This document shows, in pieces, positions 26,601-35,557 of a stretch of 64,000 nt of DNA. Numbering within the stretch: the stretch's first letter is position 1; each line of letters opens with the position of its first letter. Made by a program: the position numbers and the translations under genes. The stretch comes from a virus: positions 32,001 through 96,000 of the IMG/VR virus record IMGVR_UViG_3300005253_000361. One strand, given 5' to 3'. A model generated the notes under the pieces. That model saw only the letters and a program-made list of their open reading frames with translations, made no database searches and was not told the origin of the DNA.

Positions 26601-28827
26601 TATAGGACTCACGATCCGAGATCTCCTGGAGCATCTGCTCCCGGAGCTTGACCCGCGCGGCGGCAGCGGCGCGGATCACCTCATTCTCCGACTCGAGAGC
26701 CTTAAGCTCAGCCTTGTGCATCACATCCAGCAGGACGTACCCATTGGCCCAGACATCGATATTGTCTGCCGCATCGAGGACCGTCTGGGACCAGCCCCAA
26801 GTGGTGTCGTCAACTGCCTTGATCCCGCCGGCGAGATGCGACAGACCCAACACCATGTCAGCTGCCGCGCCCATCCCCAGCAGGCGCATCTGCATGGAGG
26901 CGGCGAACAACTTGAGCGACATGTTGTGGAGTGCGTCCTCGACAACCTGGAACGCGGGGGCGACCAAGTCGCGCATAATCGTCGCGACCGTGCGCGCGAT
27001 GTCGATCGTCATGGTCTCGGCGAACCACGCAATACTCTCGCCCATCTTCCCGAGGCCCCAAAAGACCATGTCGACGAAGCCATTCCACTCAGGCTCGAAA
27101 TCCTCCGAGATCGCCCGACCGGCCGTCTGGGCCATCCAGGTGAAAGCGTGACCAAGGTCGCGGAGCCCCTGCTGCATGATGAACGACTGGTTGTAGGCGT
27201 CGCGAAAGGCCCAGATGACCCCGATCAAGGTGAAGCCCTTGACGATGGCCCAGAAGGCTCGGAACGCCCACCCGACCTCCAAAACGGTGTTCTTAAACAG
27301 ACCCAACCAGCTGAGCCCGATCATCAGCGAGGGGATGAAGACGTCGAAGAAAGCGACGTAGCCGACCAACACCTGCAAGAGACCCGTCAGAACAGCCTTG
27401 ACCTCACTGGCGGCAAACTTGAGCCTATCGAAGTTGACAATCATCCAGTCGATCTTCTCGCTCGCGAGATCGATCCACCGGACGAGCGTGTCCTTCATAC
27501 TGAAGAACCACAGCAGAGACAGGTCGGTCACCTTGGAGAAGAAGAGCTTGTACCGGTTCGTCAGTGAGCCCAGAAGGGCCTCATAGGTCGCGACCGACAG
27601 ATTCCCCTCGACCGAGTTCTTCCACCGATCAGAAAACTGCTGGAGCGAATCGATCCCAACCGCCAGACTGGCTCGAAAAGACGTGATGAACTGAGCCACG
27701 ACCGGGCCGGCGCGGCGCCCAAAGATAACGGCCGAATCGCCGGCGTCGAAGAACGAGAACGCGAGGGTCCGAAGGATGTCGGGGAGTGGACGCATCAGCG
27801 GGTCGAGGTCCCTCACTCGCAACCCGAGCTCCAAGATGCGCTTGGCTGCTTCCGTGCTCGGATCCAGCAGGGCCTGGATCATGAACCGGAACGCCCGGCC
27901 CGAGATACCGCCCTGCTTGGTCACGTCGACAAAACCCGCCACGACCGCCATCATGTCCGAGATCCCAACACCCGCGGCCGCTGCGGCCGGGGCGGAAAAC
28001 TTCAGGGCATCCTTCAGGCGATCGATATTGAGCGTGGTGGTGGCGATAGAGAACACGAGACCGTCCGCGATATCGCCCAGGTCCTCGGACGAGAGCCCGA
28101 AGGCCTTCATAATCTGGGTCAAGATATCGGTTGCGGTCGAGAGGTCTGTCTGGGCCGCAGCGGCGAACGCAGCCGAGGCGGCGATCGCGTCCTGGACTTC
28201 CGGCACCGTGAGCCCGACCGACACAAGCTCGTACATTGCGGTCGCAAGCTGAGTGGCGGTGAAGACGGTCTCGCGGGCAAGCGTCCTGGCGGTTTCGGTG
28301 AGCTGCTCGAAGGCCGGCTGGATCACATCCGTCACAGCGGCTGCGGCCACAACCGCCGTACGGAGCATCGCGTCCTCGAAGTCCTTGCCGGTCTGGATCG
28401 TGAACCGGATCCCCTCACGGATCCATCGGAGCGGGGCCAAGACAGCATTCTGAATCGTGGTGGCGAACGTGAACGTGAGCCTGCGGACGAAGACCCCGGA
28501 GAAGTTTTGAAGGTCGGACTTCATGTGACCCCAGAGGGATCGATAGCTCGAGCCCATCTGCTTCCCGGACTTCTCGGAATTCGACATCGAGACCGCCATC
28601 TGACCCAGGCCGGTCTTGGCCGACATCCCGATCTTGTCGTAGTTCTTGGAGGCCTGGGAGGCGAACTGGTTCAACGTCGCGAACGGGTTCGCGGCCTTCG
28701 TCATGGAGGCGCCCGAGGTGGCGGCAAACTGCTTGATGCGAGTGGCCGCGACAGCGAGGTCAGCCGCGAAGAGACGCAGATCGGCCCGGAGGGCGATCAG
28801 GTACTCTTCACGCGATACGACCGACAC
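23668..28827 (-). CDS. tape measure protein (TP901-type core)
   Basis: 1719 aa, helical and Ala/Gly-rich; ARTLARETVFTATQLATAMYELVSVG core. Confidence 0.92.
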   Translation of the reverse strand: MSVVSREEYLIALRADLRLFAADLAVAATRIKQFAATSGASMTKAANPFATLNQFASQASKNYDKIGMSAKTGLGQMAVSMSNSEKSGKQMGSSYRSLWGHMKSDLQNFSGVFVRRLTFTFATTIQNAVLAPLRWIREGIRFTIQTGKDFEDAMLRTAVVAAAAVTDVIQPAFEQLTETARTLARETVFTATQLATAMYELVSVGLTVPEVQDAIAASAAFAAAAQTDLSTATDILTQIMKAFGLSSEDLGDIADGLVFSIATTTLNIDRLKDALKFSAPAAAAAGVGISDMMAVVAGFVDVTKQGGISGRAFRFMIQALLDPSTEAAKRILELGLRVRDLDPLMRPLPDILRTLAFSFFDAGDSAVIFGRRAGPVVAQFITSFRASLAVGIDSLQQFSDRWKNSVEGNLSVATYEALLGSLTNRYKLFFSKVTDLSLLWFFSMKDTLVRWIDLASEKIDWMIVNFDRLKFAASEVKAVLTGLLQVLVGYVAFFDVFIPSLMIGLSWLGLFKNTVLEVGWAFRAFWAIVKGFTLIGVIWAFRDAYNQSFIMQQGLRDLGHAFTWMAQTAGRAISEDFEPEWNGFVDMVFWGLGKMGESIAWFAETMTIDIARTVATIMRDLVAPAFQVVEDALHNMSLKLFAASMQMRLLGMGAAADMVLGLSHLAGGIKAVDDTTWGWSQTVLDAADNIDVWANGYVLLDVMHKAELKALESENEVIRAAAAARVKLREQMLQEISDRESYIEVQEAILQIYRKNIAEGLSEMKALQLVGDQLARVRKFHKLYGDYINDEFFGIMGRYLVESGTLAKETQAFVDALADVREELNKLGDGFVSTDLPFQIKQSLTDGLLVVQDFMVQDWAPALKRLYVGELLGTLVEGREELIAAALPIDVVNSLYGAEFQEIKRIYEEMGGDFGALQQKIRDEMAESTKKGKDLWTNFFDSITKGMGDAIAQMIFDGTSFGEFIERLFKGLAKKMIVDTFGGLLLSLRDKFFGPAEKQAEGFVGVVQGWFTKLLGSGGTVEQVSVEASVSWGDVVGQDGEMVQATEEGMGMVGKIFLGVGSAVAGYAATASAGWKGAIVAIGSAIATGFATGGPIGAAIAGVGAAIGSIIGFFTESAEEKFEKLAKTVVFFYANMGTLSLELGGKIAKSSESIGIFASRVLHMGAVMEEIGVTTENFSRYAGQLVQLFYDLDSGVISTSQATKILDDAFGLLVEQMKELGITGDASVIRFLKEVRERGLEIPSVLAFIGDELAGVAEGLEKLLAVHGPLFDLWLEKTEAIAKILADAREENRELTEEEAEQIHELQKEIEVLIASGGDLTAEYERLGIITLTVFNEMIANGSSVVEAMDAIAPSLDELVRRQQLLGIEGDAAFNKLIQFRSLVQTNRELVDGFGGLTQVMAGLNNIGAMNLETFELLTQQGSGMYEELTAAGFDHNQALGVMAGYLTEVRDTAAQYGYELSDATQELIDQAEEAGIITEAQRDMHDIMEDVVNVLKDIRDGFGFVSRNGQDAFRDISEAGQGAYDDLRTNYGNLWDEMEDGWGDMGRYVDDTFQGMDDAGREAARRLSGYFGAYEDDMIGNSVFPDVRKGAVKQFKLLRQYGQETAANLTGFFTDAGATMAASLNYSGLGDFSAGDVSQTAPAASMAASISPNQIAKAVAEALSGANLGGSDMTPVVRPTIQVFIGNREVQGVVAKIVGEGTLNGDISVHQDGVFPYN

Positions 28828-28843
28828 GCTGCATCACTGCTCC

Positions 28844-29392
28844 TTAGATTCGTGTTCCGGAAAATCCCTGGCTGAACAGGGCCCCGAACTTGGGCTTCAT
28901 TTCCTCGTAAGACCCGCGCAGAAAATCCCGCTGGATCATGTAGCGGGTCCCGTCGATCACGTAGATCGCGTGGGGCGCCCGGGTGGTGTCGACCCCGACC
29001 TTCGCGACAACCGCATAGCCGCTCCGGATCTTCATCTCGCTGAAGATGGCATCGATCAGCTGCGACGAAACCGTGATGCCCCCACCACGACGCACGTCAA
29101 ACTGAATGTGGACGTCGAACGGTCCGTGGGGCCGGGGAGAGCGGTCGGCCCCGGATTCGTCTGCCCTTGTGCGGTAGCCGTAGGGATGGCCCATGCGGGC
29201 GAGTTGCTCGAGAGTGTGCTCATCGATATGACCAACGTGGGCCCGAATGGCGGCCTCGAGAGCATCGCTGCAGACCAGCAGACCGCCAGTCGCGCGCACC
29301 AGAGCCAAAGACCGAAAACGGATCTGGATACGGTCCCACTGCGCGGTGTGCTGGAACGGCTGCAGAAAGAAACCATCCTTCCGCCTAGCCAC
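28844..29392 (-). CDS. HK97 gp10-like tail completion/neck protein
   Basis: APHAIYVIDGTRYMIQRDFL resembles the gp10-family A.Y.E.GT..M..RPFL motif. Confidence 0.65.
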   Translation of the reverse strand: MARRKDGFFLQPFQHTAQWDRIQIRFRSLALVRATGGLLVCSDALEAAIRAHVGHIDEHTLEQLARMGHPYGYRTRADESGADRSPRPHGPFDVHIQFDVRRGGGITVSSQLIDAIFSEMKIRSGYAVVAKVGVDTTRAPHAIYVIDGTRYMIQRDFLRGSYEEMKPKFGALFSQGFSGTRI

Positions 29393-29705
29393 TCACAACA
29401 GATCCCGGATGCATCATCTCGACCTTTCGTAGGGACTCATCCGAATCCACCACGAGAGCCGTATCGCCCGAACGAGAGCCAGTGGAACTCTTACCGCTCC
29501 ACGCATCCGATTCCGCCTTCTTCCGATCGATGATGCGGTCCAGCAGGAGCCGGATCTCATCCATCGACAGGTCGAAGATCTCCGGTACGGTCCAGCCGTA
29601 CTCGTGCGCCAGAGTGTCGACGATCCGACTTACGGGGTGCTCATCCGGCCTGACACTTTGCCCATCAGCGTGAGAAGATCGGCGCCTTCGGCATAGAATA
29701 AAGGG
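29385..29705 (-). CDS. tail assembly chaperone gpGT C-terminal part (reached by -1 frameshift)
   Basis: open -1 frame from heptamer CCCTTTA to TAG at 29385; encodes IVDTLAHEYGWTVPEIFDLSMDEIRLL. Confidence 0.75.
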   Translation of the reverse strand, partial: PFILCRRRRSSHADGQSVRPDEHPVSRIVDTLAHEYGWTVPEIFDLSMDEIRLLLDRIIDRKKAESDAWSGKSSTGSRSGDTALVVDSDESLRKVEMMHPGSVVSG

Positions 29706-30109
29706 ATCAGGAGGTCCGCCACATCGGCAGTCTCGAGGTCCGCCAGATCTTTATCCGTCAGCGACGGATAGGCGAGCCCCAGCAACCGATCCACATATCC
29801 CGGGACGATCATCAGAATGTCCTGCATGATGGGCAGGAAATCCGTGGGCTGGAGTTTCATGAAGTCCAGCTTCTTGAACTCCGGAACATCCCGCACCAAC
29901 TCACCGAAGGTCTGCAGGATTTTGGCCTGGAGTTGCCACTTCAACTTCGGAAACGGAATCTTCTTCCCGTTCGAGGCGAGCTCGATCTCATCGGGTGGGA
30001 CGAAAACGTCCAGTTCGGGTTCGACCGGTACTTCTTCCTCGACCGCTACTGCGTCGGGAGCCTCGGTGGGCTCCTCCTTCGTGGGCGTTGCCTTGGGCAC
30101 CGCGATCAC
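29630..30109 (-). CDS. tail assembly chaperone gpG
   Basis: follows the tail tube gene; contains an in-frame slippery heptamer near its 3' end. Confidence 0.75.
   Translation of the reverse strand: MIAVPKATPTKEEPTEAPDAVAVEEEVPVEPELDVFVPPDEIELASNGKKIPFPKLKWQLQAKILQTFGELVRDVPEFKKLDFMKLQPTDFLPIMQDILMIVPGYVDRLLGLAYPSLTDKDLADLETADVADLLIPLFYAEGADLLTLMGKVSGRMSTP
29699..29705 (-). other. programmed -1 ribosomal frameshift site C CCT TTA
   Basis: X XXY YYZ heptamer in the correct phase in gpG (ATC CCT TTA). Confidence 0.7.
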
Positions 30110-30120
30110 CTCCAGGTGAT

Positions 30121-30147
30121 AAAAAAGTAGGACGCATCAGGTGCGTC
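30121..30147 (-). terminator. intrinsic terminator after tail tube gene
   Basis: GACGCA-cctga-TGCGTC hairpin followed by CTAC and TTTTTT on the minus strand. Confidence 0.6.
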
Positions 30148-30157
30148 AACCAGGTCC

Positions 30158-30709
30158 TTATTGCTTCTGGATCTGGAAATACCGATTCTTGTCGGCCAGA
30201 CTGCCACCAGCCCAGTCCGTGCTCGCCAGGACTGCGTCCCAACGATACGGGAACTTGTGCGAATCCTCGCCGAAACCGAGCGAGACCTCACCGTTGCCGA
30301 CAGCCTCCCAGATGCGGACATCAATCGTGCCGCCCGAGGGAGTCTGATGCTGGATCAGGAGAGCGATCTTTGCAGTGTTCGGGTCGCCTCCGAAGTCCAA
30401 CTTGCCGGAAACGGAGGTAACTCCGCAGCCGAGCGCCTGAGAGATTGCATACAGGTCCCATTCGAGACCGCTGCAGGAATAACCGACATCCTGCGACTGA
30501 TTGAACCTCTTGACCAGCGCACTGGGGTTGCCCTGACGCACATCGAGAACGGAAGTCCGGATCTCCAACTGAGAGCCGGACTCAACCGCGCCGAGATGAG
30601 TCGAGGGGGTGGTGCCTACCGGGCCGACATAGACCACACCGGGGCCGAACGACAAGTCGTTCTGGGTAATGGTGGGTACGTTGAGTGGTCCAGCCAAGTG
30701 ACGCCACAC
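30158..30709 (-). CDS. major tail (tube) protein
   Basis: LSFGPGVVYVG N-terminal motif, size, position before chaperones; true start may be TTG 30697. Confidence 0.8.
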   Translation of the reverse strand: MWRHLAGPLNVPTITQNDLSFGPGVVYVGPVGTTPSTHLGAVESGSQLEIRTSVLDVRQGNPSALVKRFNQSQDVGYSCSGLEWDLYAISQALGCGVTSVSGKLDFGGDPNTAKIALLIQHQTPSGGTIDVRIWEAVGNGEVSLGFGEDSHKFPYRWDAVLASTDWAGGSLADKNRYFQIQKQ

Positions 30710-30743
30710 CTCCTATGGTGCTTGGGGGTTAAACTACCGAGCC

Positions 30744-30785
30744 AGTGTAACGATGAAGAATTACCCGGGGCAATGCAACTCTCAC
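30744..30785 (-). promoter_or_regulatory. putative late promoter (copy before tail tube gene)
   Basis: GTGAGAGTT-gca-TTGCCC-N18-TACACT. Confidence 0.7.
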
Positions 30786-30819
30786 CGGGACGTGGATAGC
30801 CGTGTAACGGCTCGACACC

Positions 30820-31050
30820 TCACGCGCTGTCGACCTCGTTAACGAGCCCACACCGACGACATGTCGTCTTGATCCACTGGGCGCGGCCGACCTCCACATA
30901 GAGATCCTTGTACTTGATCCGGGCCACATCCTTCGCCTTGTTCAGGTAGGCCAGGATGAACTTACACTCATCGCACCTCCATATCTGATCGGCCGGAAGA
31001 GCCGGGTTGCTGAATGAGCGCTTCTGCTCCTGCTTTTGTTGCTCCCTCAA
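30820..31050 (-). CDS. Mu Com-like zinc-finger protein
   Basis: WRCDECKFILA...IKTTCRRCGLVN matches the Com pattern RCxxCxxLL...IKCxRCxxxN. Confidence 0.65.
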   Translation of the reverse strand: MREQQKQEQKRSFSNPALPADQIWRCDECKFILAYLNKAKDVARIKYKDLYVEVGRAQWIKTTCRRCGLVNEVDSA

Positions 31051-31067
31051 AGGGATCAGTCATCCTT

Positions 31068-31499
31068 TCAGTCTTGGACAGGCTCCGTGTACTGCACGCT
31101 CCATAGAGCCGTCACGGTGTAGTCCTTCATGGCTTGATCGTAATTCCAGGTGGGGCCGCGCTTCTCGGTGGCGACACCGTAGACGCCGCCCCGGTCGAGC
31201 CGCACTCCGTCGATGACGTTGCGGAACAACCGGTAGCACCACGAGGCCTCCTCGTAATCCTCCTGGCTGAAGCTCCAGACCTGCATACCGGTATTCCGGA
31301 TACCCAGCTTGGAGTCGCCGCCAGCACCATAGACCCGGAAACACATCGCCGGCAGCTCCGCATCCCGAAGCTCCGCCGGTTCCGCGACGGTGATCCGGCC
31401 CCGCAGCTTTTCCCAGACAGCCGTGTCGGCTTGAAGCAGGCGCATGATAGCCACGGCCAGCAGCACCTCAGGATCCAGCGGGTTCGTCATGGTGCCCAT
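31068..31499 (-). CDS. tail terminator-like protein
   Basis: size, LLQAD.AV...L.GRI and QVWSFS patterns, neck-module position. Confidence 0.65.
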   Translation of the reverse strand: MGTMTNPLDPEVLLAVAIMRLLQADTAVWEKLRGRITVAEPAELRDAELPAMCFRVYGAGGDSKLGIRNTGMQVWSFSQEDYEEASWCYRLFRNVIDGVRLDRGGVYGVATEKRGPTWNYDQAMKDYTVTALWSVQYTEPVQD

Positions 31500-33922
31500 C
31501 AGGCCTCACACTCCTCAGTCGGTGGGGTGCCGAACAGAAGCGGCACCAGGGGGGCAAACTCTTCCTCCTCCAGGACCTCGCGAACGTGGTCGGGACAAAA
31601 GGTGTCGATCGGTGTACATGCGGCCGACATACCCCGTACGGAGGCCTCGAGATTCGGGATGTTGTTGTGGCCTTCCGGCAGCGACTGGAGGGCCTGCGCC
31701 AAGAACGCACGCCCCTCCTGGGCCTTCAAAACCCCGAGGGCCTCGAGTGCCATCGTGAACTCACTATCGAGCGCGATCGCCTTCTGCAGCATCCCCTCCG
31801 CGACCGCTCGATCGCCTGACTCGAGGAAGTGCATCGCGAGGTTGTAGTTGGTGGCGGCATCGAGCGGGCTATGAGCCAGCTGCCGAAGTCCGATCCGGAA
31901 ATACATCTTGAGCTTCCGCTTCAACTTCTCCGGGTCCGAGAGAAAACCTGCGTGATCAATCACGCACTCCGACCGCAAGATCTGAAGGTTGTGCTCCCGG
32001 AGCGAGTCCGTAACGGTCTCGTGGACCCACCGGTAGTACCGGATCCGTGGATCGTTCCGGAACAGGCGAATCGCATCCTGATTCCACACCCGCCCATTCG
32101 GAAGTCGGTTCCGCACGTAGAACCCGTAGGCATAGGCGATCGGCCGCTCGATCTCCCGACGAATCATCCGGGTCTCCGACGAGGACTCGTCGATGTCGAG
32201 GTGCAAAATCCACTCATGCCGAGCCATCTTCACGGCAGCGTTCCGCGGAGCGGCAAAGTCGTCGTTCCACTCGCGCTCGATGACACGACAGCCCCACATC
32301 TCCGCGATCTCGATCGAGGCGTCCTCAGAGCCGGTATCACAGATCACGATCTCGTCGGCGAAGGCCCAGAACTGCGGGAAGAAGTTGTGCAGCCGGGCCT
32401 CCTCGTTCCGCATGATCGTCACGAGCGAGATACCGTTGTCCTCCTGCCACGGCATCAGCTGCATGCCGGTCTCGTCGATGATGTGGCTGTAGTCGTCGTT
32501 ACCGATCAGCCTGGCGTTCTTCTCGTTGTCAGTACGCTGGTAGAACTCGTACTTCCGCTGACGTTCCTCTGCGGTCATGTTGCCGTAGTGCTTGATCCGC
32601 ACGGACGTGAGGGCAATCGAACCCTCAGGGAATGCCGGCGCGTTCCCCACGTGAAACGCCTCGTTCGGGACCCGGAACCCCGACAGGCATCGATACATGC
32701 GGCAGCCGCCGCCCATCTGGCCCCAGACACCGTCCGCCCGCCAGTACTGATCAGAGTTCCAGAAGTGGTACCAATGGAAGCTGTACCCGGAGATCGCCGG
32801 GTGAGGAACCCGCATGAGCCTCTCCGCGTACGCACGGTCGAACTTATCCTCGAAGACCTCGTCGGCGTCGATGCTGATGGCCCAGTCACAGCCATCCTCA
32901 CAGGCCCACCGGTAGAGGTCCTGCCGATCCTGCCCCTCGAGCTTCTTATGGGTCCGCCGCTCGTACCGGGCGAGCTTGGCCCCGCAGATCTCCTCGATCT
33001 CGTCAGTCGGCCACAGCTCGGCCGGCGACTGGTCGTCGAGAATGTAGAAGCGATCCACGAACGTGGCCGCGTTCCTCAGGCTGTCGAGGAACCACGGCAC
33101 CTGGTACTCCCGGGTCAGCTTGACCCGAAAGAGAGCCCCCAGGATCTGCTCCTCCTTCGGCTCCCACTTCTGGTACAGCCGCTTGAGGTTCCGCACACCC
33201 GTGAGCGAATCGGGAGCGATCCGGCGGAGCGTCACGCTACCGTAGTGGTAGATGAAGCACGGGGCGCAGATGACGGTGGACCAGCCGGCCCGCATCGCGC
33301 GCACGCAGAGATCATTATCCTCGGCCCCGCCGACGGGGAACCACTCCTCATCGAAGATGAACCCGTCCTGCTCGAGACGCTCATCGAAGAACTCGCGCGA
33401 CATCATGAAACAGAATCCCGACAGAAAGGCGACCGCGTCCCACTTGAGTGCGTTCTTGGCCGCCCACAGCTTGGAATGTTCGGCGACATTGGTCGGGTTG
33501 AGCTGGGGCGAGTGGACCATCTGGAACCCGCCGCAGTAATTGGTCAGCGGCCCCACCATGCCGGCCTTGGGTCGGTTCGGATCCGTGGCGTGGTACATGT
33601 CCAGGCAGTCGATCAGGAGCGTGTCCCAGTCGGGCGTGAACAGGACATCGTCATTGGTGCAGACGATGTATTTGGCCTCCGGCGACACCGCGTCAAATCC
33701 GGTGTTCATCCCCTCGCCGAACCCGCGCAACTCCGCGGATCGCAAGACCTTGTCGGCCCCGTAGGCCTCGGCCAACGCAGCGGCTCGAGGGCAGTCGTCG
33801 TTCACGACCACGATGAGTTCGTAGTCGGTAGTGGTGTGTTCTTCGAGCGTCGCGAGCGCCTGCTGAAAAAACTCGCAGGATTCCCCGCCCACGGTGAGCA
33901 TTACAATACTTAGATCCGGCAT
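31499..33922 (-). CDS. multi-domain glycosyltransferase (three GT2 domains plus TPR)
   Basis: TNDDV/GGAEDND; ILDDQS/SIDADE; CDTGSED/LDIDE/VHE; C-terminal YNLAMH..KAIALD TPR-like helices. Confidence 0.88.
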   Translation of the reverse strand: MPDLSIVMLTVGGESCEFFQQALATLEEHTTTDYELIVVVNDDCPRAAALAEAYGADKVLRSAELRGFGEGMNTGFDAVSPEAKYIVCTNDDVLFTPDWDTLLIDCLDMYHATDPNRPKAGMVGPLTNYCGGFQMVHSPQLNPTNVAEHSKLWAAKNALKWDAVAFLSGFCFMMSREFFDERLEQDGFIFDEEWFPVGGAEDNDLCVRAMRAGWSTVICAPCFIYHYGSVTLRRIAPDSLTGVRNLKRLYQKWEPKEEQILGALFRVKLTREYQVPWFLDSLRNAATFVDRFYILDDQSPAELWPTDEIEEICGAKLARYERRTHKKLEGQDRQDLYRWACEDGCDWAISIDADEVFEDKFDRAYAERLMRVPHPAISGYSFHWYHFWNSDQYWRADGVWGQMGGGCRMYRCLSGFRVPNEAFHVGNAPAFPEGSIALTSVRIKHYGNMTAEERQRKYEFYQRTDNEKNARLIGNDDYSHIIDETGMQLMPWQEDNGISLVTIMRNEEARLHNFFPQFWAFADEIVICDTGSEDASIEIAEMWGCRVIEREWNDDFAAPRNAAVKMARHEWILHLDIDESSSETRMIRREIERPIAYAYGFYVRNRLPNGRVWNQDAIRLFRNDPRIRYYRWVHETVTDSLREHNLQILRSECVIDHAGFLSDPEKLKRKLKMYFRIGLRQLAHSPLDAATNYNLAMHFLESGDRAVAEGMLQKAIALDSEFTMALEALGVLKAQEGRAFLAQALQSLPEGHNNIPNLEASVRGMSAACTPIDTFCPDHVREVLEEEEFAPLVPLLFGTPPTEECEA

Positions 33923-33959
33923 CTGGATCTCCTTCCCCTCAGTCGGTTTTTGGTGTCCT

Positions 33960-34571
33960 CTAACCAGCGGGACTCTTGTACTCCGTCAAGCGGAGTTGAA
34001 TGTGGCGCACAGCGCCGTGCCTCTTGTACTTCGGGTCGATCTCCTGGATCTCCCAGGTGGTAGAGCTGTAAGTGAGCTTGTCCCCAACCTCGACATCTGC
34101 ATCGGGCGCCACGTACAGAACCGCAAACCTCTTGGTCGCGCCACCGGCGACCGTCACCTCCACGCTCTCCTTCGGGCGGGTGAGACGGCCGTAGATCGGG
34201 CCTGTCACGGTGAGCCCCATGATGAGCTCACCCATCGAGGTGACGGCTTGCACCAGGACCGTCCCGACAGCTGCCTCATCGGCGAGGCCTGACGTCTGGA
34301 TCCGGGTGATGGAGCTGAAGAGTTGAGCACCGAGACGCCGGCCATTCCCGGCGAACGTAAGTACATCGCTGGTCGCCGAACCCCCCTCATCGAGGCCGGT
34401 GACCGTTACGGTGCCGGAACCAGTGGTGAAGCCGGAGAGCGTGATCGCCAGGTAGGCGTCTTTGGCCGGTGTGAGTGACAGCCCAGAGGCGTCCGCCACT
34501 GCGGTCTCGCTGTAGAGCTCCGCGGACGGCCGCTCAGCGACAAAGGGCTGCTGGAGGAGCGTCTGCCACAT
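33960..34571 (-). CDS. head-closure-like neck protein with N-terminal beta-rich extension
   Basis: C-terminal ADVEVGDKL...WEIQEI...HIQLRL pattern; follows the connector. Confidence 0.6.
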   Translation of the reverse strand: MWQTLLQQPFVAERPSAELYSETAVADASGLSLTPAKDAYLAITLSGFTTGSGTVTVTGLDEGGSATSDVLTFAGNGRRLGAQLFSSITRIQTSGLADEAAVGTVLVQAVTSMGELIMGLTVTGPIYGRLTRPKESVEVTVAGGATKRFAVLYVAPDADVEVGDKLTYSSTTWEIQEIDPKYKRHGAVRHIQLRLTEYKSPAG

Positions 34572-34574
34572 GGT

Positions 34575-35144
34575 CTACCCCACCGAGCAGAGTCGGTAGT
34601 GGCCAATGGTGTCGTTGAGGATCACCGACTCCTCGGGCCGGCGGAACGACTCCTGTAGGTCGCCGATGAGTTGACTCCCGAGACCCTCGGTAGCCTTCCG
34701 ATTGAACCAGTAGGACCCGAGCCGCAGGCAACACATCTCCACCTCGGACGGAGCCGCGGCGAAACCTGCCACGAACGTGATCAACAGCACCCCCGAGACC
34801 CGAGCCTCGTAGCCGGCACTGTCGATGAACGTGATGACGCCAATCCGAAGGTCAATCCTGTAGTCAGTACCCGCTACCTGCGCGACACCATCGAGCGTGA
34901 TGGTGGTGACCGAGATGACCGGCCACTCCCGCAGCACGACCCTCGACACCGCCGCGAGCTGATGCACCTGGCCTGCCCGGGTATGGGACTCGAACCCCTC
35001 ACCGGGGTTGTCGCCATAGACCCGGCCCGTAAACTTGTCGCACCTCTCACCTGCCGCCACCACGTACACCGCCAGAATGGTGTCCTGCCCGGAATCTGTG
35101 AAGTCGAGCTGGGCCTTCATCGTGGCGAGGTCGGTGTAGGCCAT
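34575..35144 (-). CDS. head-tail connector (gp6/gp15-like)
   Basis: MAYTDLATMKAQL...D..L...AA...CDKFTGR; FVAGF...P.EV. Confidence 0.8.
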   Translation of the reverse strand: MAYTDLATMKAQLDFTDSGQDTILAVYVVAAGERCDKFTGRVYGDNPGEGFESHTRAGQVHQLAAVSRVVLREWPVISVTTITLDGVAQVAGTDYRIDLRIGVITFIDSAGYEARVSGVLLITFVAGFAAAPSEVEMCCLRLGSYWFNRKATEGLGSQLIGDLQESFRRPEESVILNDTIGHYRLCSVG

Positions 35145-35518
35145 TAGCCGGCGGCGCCCGCCCTCTGGATCCGCAGAGCTTCAGCGTCAATACGGCTGAT
35201 GCGGTACCGAGGGCCGTCGGGGGTGTCGAGCTTCTCGGCCAACAGCTTCCCGTTATCGATGTACTTGTAGATCGTGGAGCGGGCATAGCCAGTGAGCTCC
35301 GAGACCTGCTCCGGGTTCAGGCGAGCCTTGGTGGGATCGATAACGCCCTCTGGGTCCTCGACGAGCTCGTACCCTTCGAACATGAGGCGCTCAGCTGAAT
35401 GCTGGTACTTCACCTCGACCAGATGGTTGCGCTGCTCGGGGGTCTCGTCGTAGAGACAGTTGATGGGGATATCGGGCGGCCCGAATTCCGTCCGGAGAAC
35501 AAACGGTTGCGTGGTCAT
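35144..35518 (-). CDS. helix-turn-helix DNA-binding protein (excisionase/MerR-like C-terminal domain)
   Basis: LNPEQVSELTGYARSTIYKYIDNGKL.A...YRI. Confidence 0.75.
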   Translation of the reverse strand: MTTQPFVLRTEFGPPDIPINCLYDETPEQRNHLVEVKYQHSAERLMFEGYELVEDPEGVIDPTKARLNPEQVSELTGYARSTIYKYIDNGKLLAEKLDTPDGPRYRISRIDAEALRIQRAGAAG

Positions 35519-35557
35519 TGTTGCGTCCCTCCTGAATGTCGTGGTCCCTCTCGGGGT

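Noticed and set aside
31829-33913. 694-aa plus-strand ORF (and similar long ones at 10821-11903, 38475-39734, 43131-44477, 48784-50238, 50459-51820, 56655-57794)
   Set aside because: Antisense shadows of well-supported minus-strand genes; high GC3 suppresses stops on the opposite strand, and they have no motifs or RBS
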